From Candidatus Thorarchaeota archaeon (GTDB taxonomy: Archaea > Asgardarchaeota > Thorarchaeia > Thorarchaeales > Thorarchaeaceae), in NCBI GenBank assembly GCA_011364905.1, contig RDNZ01000042.1, positions 1-23,893 of the forward strand: a stretch of 23,893 nucleotides of DNA. The letters run 5' to 3'. This document shows positions 17,221 through 23,893 of the stretch, one piece after another. Position 1 is the stretch's first letter; every line of letters begins with the position of its first letter. The translations under genes and the position numbers were made by a program. The notes beneath the pieces are model-generated. The model searched no databases. It was not told the origin of the DNA and was given only the letters and a program-made list of their open reading frames with translations.

Positions 17221-17837
17221 ACCCAGTGGATGATGACAGAACGAATCTCACGGTTTTTCCAGGAGTGTATCCGCCGTCCGAAGACACATACCTCTTGTTG
17301 GATGCCATGCAGGTTGGACCAGATGATGTGTTTCTGGAGGTTGGAAGCGGTGCGGGACTCATCACACTGACTGCTGCCAAGACTGCCAAGACTGTCGTAA
17401 GCATTGATATCTCATTTGATGCAGTCCGGAACACTAAGGAGAATCTGGAAAAGAATGGCCTGTATGATCACTGTCAAGTTATCGAATCAAATCTTTTGGA
17501 TGCCCTGTCTACTTCTTTCAAGTTCTCGCTCATGGTATTCAATCCCCCGTATCTGCCTCAGGATGATGAGAATACTGACTTTGATAGAGCTTTCATTGGA
17601 GGGCCTACAGGAGCCGAACTCACCCTGAGATTCATCAGACAAACAGTTGCCCACTTACTGCCCGCTGGGCGAATTCTAGTCGTGGTCTCGAGTCTTGCTG
17701 ATGTGGATATAATCCAAAAGACGATGACTGAGTGCGGTTTTGTTGTTGAGAAGGTTTCTGAGAGTTCTATGTTTTTTGAAAAGATACAAGTACTCGGAGG
17801 AGTCCTAAAAGAAGACCACAGGGAAACCGTTTTATGA
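17217..17837 (+). CDS. HemK2/Mtq2-like release factor glutamine methyltransferase
   Basis: VYPPSEDTYLL, LEVGSGAG, FNPPYLP; GTG start overlaps the rsmA TGA (GTGA). Confidence 0.9.
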   Translation: MNPVDDDRTNLTVFPGVYPPSEDTYLLLDAMQVGPDDVFLEVGSGAGLITLTAAKTAKTVVSIDISFDAVRNTKENLEKNGLYDHCQVIESNLLDALSTSFKFSLMVFNPPYLPQDDENTDFDRAFIGGPTGAELTLRFIRQTVAHLLPAGRILVVVSSLADVDIIQKTMTECGFVVEKVSESSMFFEKIQVLGGVLKEDHRETVL

Positions 17838-17891
17838 AACTCCGAACGAGGCGGTCAGAAGCGTTCTTGGAGTCTCGAGAGGGAACAAGAT

Positions 17892-18692
17892 ATGTCGAAG
17901 AAGAAATCGGTAAAGCCAAAGAAGAAACCAGCCAAGAAAGATGCGGCAAAAAAGACAACCAAAAAACCAGCAAAAGCTGAAACTGTTGTGGGCGAGAAGA
18001 GCCTGGTCTATGTTGACTATAGTGCCACCACAAAGGATGATGGAGTAGTATTTGACACAACTATGGAAGATGTGGCCAAAGAGTCTGGGATCTACAAGGA
18101 TGGCGACCGATACGAACCAATGTTGGTAGCGATTGGATGGAATTGGCTCCTTGCTGCCTTGGAACAGGAACTCATTGGTATGAAGGTGGGTGAGTCAAAG
18201 ACCGTTGCAATACCACCTGAGAAAGGTGCGGGTCTGAGAGACCCCAAGAAGGTCAAAATGATTGCTAAAACCAAGCTTGCAAAGCACAAGACCCGACCCA
18301 TCAAAGGAGAAAGGATAACCTTTGGCAACGAACGAGGCGTAATCACATCTGTTTTTGGGAGACAGGTCCGAGTTGACTTCAACAGTCCATTAGCTGGTCG
18401 AACACTTGAGTTCGATGTCACGCTTCGGAGCATAATCTCAAACCCAGAGGAGAAACTACGAGCCATCGTCAAAAGACGTATGCCTGGAATTCCCGATGAT
18501 GATTTCAAGCTCTCAATCACAAAGAAGACTGTCACGATAGAGATGCCAAAAGAGACCCGATATATCCAAGACGTCCAGTATGCCGAGATTGGTATTGCTG
18601 CAGACACTCTGAAAGTCTTTGATGATGCCAAAGAGGTCAAACTTGTCGTGACATTTGATAGGCCCAAGCCGCCCGAAGGGAACACGACATAG
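17892..18692 (+). CDS. Long-type archaeal FKBP peptidyl-prolyl isomerase (SlyD-like) with a Lys-rich N-tail
   Basis: VDY...VFDTT, YEP, GMKVGE, IPPEKGAG, VDFNSPLAGRTLEF, plus the archaeal C-terminal domain. Confidence 0.9.
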   Translation: MSKKKSVKPKKKPAKKDAAKKTTKKPAKAETVVGEKSLVYVDYSATTKDDGVVFDTTMEDVAKESGIYKDGDRYEPMLVAIGWNWLLAALEQELIGMKVGESKTVAIPPEKGAGLRDPKKVKMIAKTKLAKHKTRPIKGERITFGNERGVITSVFGRQVRVDFNSPLAGRTLEFDVTLRSIISNPEEKLRAIVKRRMPGIPDDDFKLSITKKTVTIEMPKETRYIQDVQYAEIGIAADTLKVFDDAKEVKLVVTFDRPKPPEGNTT

Positions 18693-18727
18693 TTTCCTGT
18701 ATGGTTCAGACGCGTGATGGTCACTGA

Positions 18728-18776
18728 GAAAACCTTAAAATGCCAAAAATAAGACGAGAACTCGTCACTAGTTCTC
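18728..18776 (+). promoter_or_regulatory. Putative psmB promoter with a palindrome near the expected TSS
   Basis: GAAAACCTTAAAA (BRE/TATA-like), then GACGAG-AA-CTCGTC at 18753-18766. Confidence 0.45.
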
Positions 18777-18808
18777 TAGAATTCATCTCCCACACGGAGC
18801 TTATTGAC

Positions 18809-19447
18809 ATGGAACCTAATAATCAACCCCCAGCCGAATTGAAAACGGGGACAACCACAATTGGTCTAGTTGCCAAGGACTGTGTTGTCCTAGCCAGCGA
18901 TCAGAGAGCCACCATGGGCTATCTAATTGCAAACAAGGAGGCTAAGAAGATCTACAAGATCACAGACCGTATTGGCGCAACAATAGCTGGTTCTGTGGCC
19001 GATGCTCAGTCAATAATGGATCTTCTCAGAGCTGAAGCCAAACTCTTTGAGATTCAAAGAGGACGACCCATGCGGGTTAAAGCCCTGACACGTCTTCTGA
19101 GCAATATTATGTTCCAAGGACGAGGACTCTATATGTTAGGGTCTCTAGTAGGAGGATTTGACGATGAAGGTCCTCAAGTCTTCTATACAGACTTTGTCGG
19201 TAGTGTGTTGCCAGACAAGTATGTTGCGAATGGTTCAGGCTCACCTGTAGCACTTGGTGTTTTAGAAGCCGGATACAAGGAGGAGCTGCCAAAGAAGAAA
19301 GCAATTGAACTGGCGGTAAGCGCCATTGCGGCGGCAATCGAAAGAGATGCTGCCACTGGGAACAACATACTCTGTAGTGTCATTGACAAGAGTGGATACC
19401 AAGAAGTCGATAAAGAGACCATCATGAAGATCTGGAAAGGCCAGTAG
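18809..19447 (+). CDS. psmB: Proteasome beta subunit
   Basis: Propeptide ending KTG/TTTIG (Thr1); Asp17, Lys33 and GSG present; start ATG 18809 with GGAG SD. Confidence 0.96.
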   Translation: MEPNNQPPAELKTGTTTIGLVAKDCVVLASDQRATMGYLIANKEAKKIYKITDRIGATIAGSVADAQSIMDLLRAEAKLFEIQRGRPMRVKALTRLLSNIMFQGRGLYMLGSLVGGFDDEGPQVFYTDFVGSVLPDKYVANGSGSPVALGVLEAGYKEELPKKKAIELAVSAIAAAIERDAATGNNILCSVIDKSGYQEVDKETIMKIWKGQ

Positions 19448-19567
19448 TGACAGTATTTGTTGAAAATCTGGCGATATGATTTCGTCTAGGCCTGCCCAGT
19501 ACAGGTGTACTAGGTCAGACCAAGGCCGTTAGGGGAATTGATAGGCCAAGGATTGTGATGACTATCC

Positions 19568-21490
19568 ATGCAACCCAGTGAGGAACAACAACAAGAAGAG
19601 TATGTTGATATTCGCGATGTCATAAAGAAAGCATTGCCTCGCTCTGCAGCAATAAGCTCAGTTGAGTATGAAGGTCCAGAAGTGGCTATCTATTCAAAAG
19701 CGCCCAAGATTCTGCTTGATGATGGCGACAAGATTAAGGCCTTAGCTCGAAAAATGAGAAAGCGAATAGTAGTCAGATCTGCACCAGAGGTCAGACTGAC
19801 TCATGAAGAAACTGAGAAAGCAGTTCGAGAACTTGTTCCGAAAGAGGCTGAGATTACTTCAATTGACTTTGATATCTCAAGAGGAGAAGTTATAATTGAG
19901 GCACAAAAACCGGGTTTGGTGATAGGTCGTAGTGGTACCACTCTCAGGGAGATTACAAGACAGACTTTTTGGCGACCCAATGTGATGCGGACACCTCCGA
20001 TTGAGAGTAAACTCATCAAGCAGATTCGATACATCATCCAATCTGAAGCGGCTACTCGAAACAAGTCTTTCAGAGAGATTGGACGGCGAATTCATAGACC
20101 TATGCTGATGAACAATGGCTGGATCCGTCTTACAGCCATGGGCGGGTTCAGAGAGGTGGGCAGAGAATGCATGTTCTTGCAGACCTCCGAGAGCAATATC
20201 CTGATTGAGTGTGGAGTGAACGTCGGTGCTCCATCCAAGGCATTCCCACGGCTTGATATGCCAGAGTTCAATGTTGACAATCTAGACGCAGTGGTGATAA
20301 CTCATGCACACTTGGACCATTGTGGGATGGTACCCTTTCTCTTCAAGTACGGCTATCGCGGGCCTGTATACATGACTCATCCGACACTCAATCTCGCCAC
20401 GCTTCTCCAACTTGATTATCTTGATGTTGCTGAAAGAGAAGGTAAACTAAGACCATACAGAGACCGTGATGTGAAGGAGTCAATTCTACACACCATCCCT
20501 CTAAACTATGGAGAGGTGACAGACATAGCGCCAGATGTGAGGCTTACACTTCATAATGCGGGTCATATCCTTGGATCAGCAATTGTCCACTTTCACATAG
20601 GCGATGGGCAGTACAATATGGCGTACACTGGGGACTTCAAATTCGGACGAACTAGGCTCCTTGAGCCCGCAACTTTTACCTTCCCACGACTCGAAACACT
20701 GATCATTGAGAGCACCTACGGACACCCAACAGACAAAATGCCACCTAGACAGGAGGTGGAACGTAAGTTTGCTTCTATTATTAAGCGAACGCTGGAGCGT
20801 GGCGGCAAGGTGTTGATTCCTGTTCTTGCGGTGGGCCGAGCTCAAGAAATCATGCTTGTCATCGAAGACCTTGTTTCAAAAGGAAGAATCCCAAAGGTGC
20901 CCGTCTATATTGAGGGGATGATTGCACAGGCAACTGCGATTCATACTACTCATCCAGAAGCCCTTTCCAAGAAGATTCGTGAAATGATATTTCATCAAGG
21001 AGTGAATCCATTCCTATCAGATATATTCGTGCAGGTAGACAATCCTGATCAGCGTGAGGAGATAGTAGAAGCAGAGCCATGCATAATCATGGCTACATCA
21101 GGAATGCTCGCGGGAGGCCCTAGTGTCGATTACCTAAGACTCCTAGCACCTGATGAAAAGAACATGCTCTGTTTTGTCAGCTATCAAGGTGAGGGAACGA
21201 TGGGCAGACGCATCCAGAAGGGATGGAAGGAAGTGAATATGAGAAACCGAGAGGGGCAGACTACTGTTGTTCCTGTGAATATGGAAGTGGCCACTGTAGA
21301 AGGTTTCTCAGGACATTCTGATAGAAAACAGATTCTGAATTTTGTAAAGAGGGTGAGTCCAGTTCCTGAGCGGATTCTAGTAGCTCACGGAGAGGCAAGT
21401 AAAACAATAGGACTCGCATCAACAATCCATAAGGCGTTGAATATAGAAACAAGAGCACCTATGGTGACTGAAACTGTGAAGCTAAAATAG
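19568..21490 (+). CDS. fttA: aCPSF1/FttA: KH-domain beta-CASP ribonuclease and transcription termination factor
   Basis: N-terminal KH domains (EGPE, KPGLVIGRSG); THAHLDH, AGHILGS, YTGDF, ESTYG, GFSGHSD, HGE; follows psmB as is typical in archaea. Confidence 0.96.
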   Translation: MQPSEEQQQEEYVDIRDVIKKALPRSAAISSVEYEGPEVAIYSKAPKILLDDGDKIKALARKMRKRIVVRSAPEVRLTHEETEKAVRELVPKEAEITSIDFDISRGEVIIEAQKPGLVIGRSGTTLREITRQTFWRPNVMRTPPIESKLIKQIRYIIQSEAATRNKSFREIGRRIHRPMLMNNGWIRLTAMGGFREVGRECMFLQTSESNILIECGVNVGAPSKAFPRLDMPEFNVDNLDAVVITHAHLDHCGMVPFLFKYGYRGPVYMTHPTLNLATLLQLDYLDVAEREGKLRPYRDRDVKESILHTIPLNYGEVTDIAPDVRLTLHNAGHILGSAIVHFHIGDGQYNMAYTGDFKFGRTRLLEPATFTFPRLETLIIESTYGHPTDKMPPRQEVERKFASIIKRTLERGGKVLIPVLAVGRAQEIMLVIEDLVSKGRIPKVPVYIEGMIAQATAIHTTHPEALSKKIREMIFHQGVNPFLSDIFVQVDNPDQREEIVEAEPCIIMATSGMLAGGPSVDYLRLLAPDEKNMLCFVSYQGEGTMGRRIQKGWKEVNMRNREGQTTVVPVNMEVATVEGFSGHSDRKQILNFVKRVSPVPERILVAHGEASKTIGLASTIHKALNIETRAPMVTETVKLK

Positions 21491-21493
21491 CCT

Positions 21494-21892
21494 CTAGAAG
21501 CTCACAAACGATGGTGTGACAATCATACATTCATCATTAACAAGTGCAATCTCAGCCTGATACCCGCGGGTTTCTCCACGGATTCGCTCAATTATACGTT
21601 TCAGCTCAAGGTGAGTCTGGTCATTCCCGTCATTGAGACGTGAGATATCAAGGAGGACAATATTCCCGTCTCTTATTGCATCCACAATCTCTGGGACATC
21701 AGCAAGGGACTCTAGCTTTCTGGTCCTTATGAATATCTGTTCTAATTCTGCAAGACGTTTGATATCATGCTGTGGATCTGTCTTTTTCGATTCAGAAACT
21801 GGGGCAAAGAGACCGAGACTCGGGAGTGACCGTTTGGCGGTTGGTTCCTCGGATGAATCGGTTCGTTTGATACGACTAAATAGGGACCTCAC
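21494..21892 (-). CDS. sepF: Cell division protein SepF (archaeal type)
   Basis: IVDAIRDGNIVLLDI...MIVTP core; amphipathic N-terminus MRSLFSRIKR. GTG 21892 lies 5 nt after GGTGA, whereas the track start 21901 falls inside the SD. Confidence 0.85.
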   Translation of the reverse strand: MRSLFSRIKRTDSSEEPTAKRSLPSLGLFAPVSESKKTDPQHDIKRLAELEQIFIRTRKLESLADVPEIVDAIRDGNIVLLDISRLNDGNDQTHLELKRIIERIRGETRGYQAEIALVNDECMIVTPSFVSF

Positions 21893-22002
21893 GGTAATCA
21901 CCTTTGTTCATGAATATGGATTACAGTTCGAAGAAAAGACCGAGTATTATAATTGAGTGTCAACCTTTATCACAGCTGTAACGCAAAAAGTCGGTGATTG
22001 TA

Positions 22003-23893
22003 ATGCCTGCGGCAAGGAAGGAGGATGACGACCTCGCAAATCTGAGAGAACAACTCAAATCTCTCAGCAATCGATATGCCATCGAGATTCTACAAGTATT
22101 GAGCCCTCGAGCAGGTGAGTTTGTGCCTACGCTTGGATGGGATAACATAGTGGAGGGTATGTTAGCCCTAGGTGGCATAAAGAAACCTTCATCCAGACCC
22201 AAAGGAGAGAGAACTGGGGACCAAATAGAGTATGAGTCCCTTCGGCAAAGCCTGATGTCCGGAGGAACCATCTATGAAACAATGAATAAACTCATTCGCT
22301 CTGGATTTGTTATTTCAACTGGAGACAAAGGGCGAAAACAGAGAGGATTCATGATCACGCATGATGGAAGGCTTGCGTTAGTAGCCATTGGAAAACTGAG
22401 CGGCCCTATCGGAACAAGAACAGATGTTCAGAGAGCAGCTAAGATTCTCTTGAAGCATAAGAATTTCGTGAGCTTGCTTCCGGCTCAAGACAAGTTTGTA
22501 CAGGAGATTGGAGATGTAGAAGGTAATCTGGTGATACAGATGCCTCCCGGATCTGGAAAGACGTTTCTCGCAATGATAATCATCCTGCTAAGACTCCAGA
22601 AAGGAGTCAGATGTCTCTATCTCAGTCCCTATACATCTCTAAGTAGACAAATCGTTGAAGAATATGGTACACTTCTCAAGGAATTGGGATACTCCGTCGT
22701 TCGGCACGACGGGCTTAGTAAAGCCACAGACTCCGACCTTGAAACAGGCAATCTGATTATAGCAATGTACGAAACATTTTCCTCTGCAATCTTGGAGAAG
22801 AAGAAATGGACTGAGAATTTGGGACTTGCAGTCGTAGATGAACTCACCGAACTTGATTCCAGTGCAGCCAATGATCCACAGTCTCTAGGAACTGATCGTA
22901 GTACGAGGTTGGATTGCATCATTACCCTCTTGAAGGAGCATTCACAGATAGTAACACTCTCTTCGCGTTTTGGAGAAACTGAAGAGGTTGCTAATTGGCT
23001 CAACGCACAAGTGTTCAGACCAAGCGTTCGTCTTGTGCCTGATGAGTTCATTGTGAGTAAGGTCGATGACAAGTTCGAGATAGTAAGTAGTGATAGAACC
23101 CAACGTGCAAGCTCAACTAGGAAGGACGTACTTGATGCAGTGATGGACCACCTTGAAGACTATCAAAACAAGTCAATACTAATTGTTGTCGGCTCTCGAT
23201 ACCGGTCTCAGAATGTGGCCAGGCGCTTAGCAAGGAACTACACAAGAGAAGTCCCACCAGATGTGGTGGATAGAATCATAGGTCTTGGAGAGAGACTCCC
23301 TTTGAACCATAGGCTCGCAGATGTGCTAGAGTTTGGAACTGCATTTCATCATTCAGGATTAGATGCTGGTGTTCGCGAGCGACTAGAAAAGGAGATCAGA
23401 AACAGGACAATTAGAACTGTTGTATCAACAACTGGAATCACACAAGGGATTAGTTTTCCATTTGACTGTGTGATAATACTCCTCAACCAGAACCTCTACT
23501 ACCTTGAAACAAGGGCACGATATCTTCAGGTTGCTGGTAGAATTGGTGAGAATCATTTAGCTCAATTCGGAGGGAGAGTCTACCTTGTCTTTGAGGGACC
23601 CTACAGTACCATGCCGGACTCGCTCGTGATGGAGGAGAAACTACTCCATGGACCTCTCAAGCCTCTTTGTCCTGGCATTGTTTACCCAAGTCTAGCTATT
23701 AGCATAATCACAAGGCGCGCTGTTAATGGAAGGAAATTCACACGGGACCAACTAGAGTCCAACTTCCTTGATTTTGTAAATGCCACTTTCAGAGGAACAA
23801 TAGACAATGACTATAGTTCAGGAATGAGGAGATTCTTCAAGACGCTTTTCAGTTGGCTCGTGAAACAAAACGTGTTCGTGGGAGCAGAGAATG
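22003..23893 (+). CDS. wHTH-fused Hel308/Ski2-like SF2 helicase (3' partial, at least 630 aa; not in the ORF track)
   Basis: Manual translation is open from ATG 22003 (GGTGA SD at 21993-21997) to the window end: LLPAQ, MPPGSGKT, YLSPYTSL, VVDELT, TLSSR, NWLNA, AFHHSGL, STTGITQGISFP, QVAGRIGE. Confidence 0.88.
   Translation, partial: MPAARKEDDDLANLREQLKSLSNRYAIEILQVLSPRAGEFVPTLGWDNIVEGMLALGGIKKPSSRPKGERTGDQIEYESLRQSLMSGGTIYETMNKLIRSGFVISTGDKGRKQRGFMITHDGRLALVAIGKLSGPIGTRTDVQRAAKILLKHKNFVSLLPAQDKFVQEIGDVEGNLVIQMPPGSGKTFLAMIIILLRLQKGVRCLYLSPYTSLSRQIVEEYGTLLKELGYSVVRHDGLSKATDSDLETGNLIIAMYETFSSAILEKKKWTENLGLAVVDELTELDSSAANDPQSLGTDRSTRLDCIITLLKEHSQIVTLSSRFGETEEVANWLNAQVFRPSVRLVPDEFIVSKVDDKFEIVSSDRTQRASSTRKDVLDAVMDHLEDYQNKSILIVVGSRYRSQNVARRLARNYTREVPPDVVDRIIGLGERLPLNHRLADVLEFGTAFHHSGLDAGVRERLEKEIRNRTIRTVVSTTGITQGISFPFDCVIILLNQNLYYLETRARYLQVAGRIGENHLAQFGGRVYLVFEGPYSTMPDSLVMEEKLLHGPLKPLCPGIVYPSLAISIITRRAVNGRKFTRDQLESNFLDFVNATFRGTIDNDYSSGMRRFFKTLFSWLVKQNVFVGAEN

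Noticed and set aside
18092-18724. Long antisense ORFs (also 3351-3950, 4803-5255, 6955-7383, 22629-23072)
   Set aside because: Shadow frames of well-supported genes; Ser/Phe-rich with no recognisable motifs.
20195-20220. aCPSF1 motif 1 reads IECG rather than DCG
   Set aside because: Conservative substitution; the other metal-binding motifs are intact.
1-23893. Pyrrolysine or selenocysteine recoding
   Set aside because: All TAG/TGA stops fall at expected family C-termini; no interrupted genes or recoding machinery in the window.

Overview
Archaeal chromosomal housekeeping window. It is most likely from an Asgard, Thorarchaeia-like genome; this is an inference from GGTGA/GGAGG Shine-Dalgarno motifs, TATA-like promoters, archaeal r-proteins including eL38, SepF, aCPSF1 and gene order. 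It holds 25 complete and 2 partial CDSs plus an intronless tRNA-Val(CAC). The genes cover RNA modification and processing (NOP2/RsmB-type m5C methylase, PUA/NIP7-like, TruD, Pus10, RsmA, two beta-CASP nucleases), translation (eL40, eL38, eL21, Pth2, HemK2-like), Rpo4, Alba, a NusA2-like protein, proteasome beta and a PAC2/Pba-family protein, an FKBP, SucCD and a geranylgeranyl reductase. No mobile elements or CRISPR arrays were seen. The most unusual items are two divergent Hel308/Ski2-like SF2 proteins. One (3061-5262) has lost its ATPase motifs and carries a SWIM zinc finger inside its winged-helix region. The other (22003 to window end, absent from the ORF track) has an N-terminal wHTH fused to a helicase core with DELT/SSR/QVAGRIGE motifs. 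Other points of note are a tRNA sandwiched between two r-protein genes, several leader/intergenic hairpins, strong TAG stop-codon preference, a degenerate NusA2 and a histone-H1-like tail on the FKBP. All family calls come from manual motif recognition; no searches were run.
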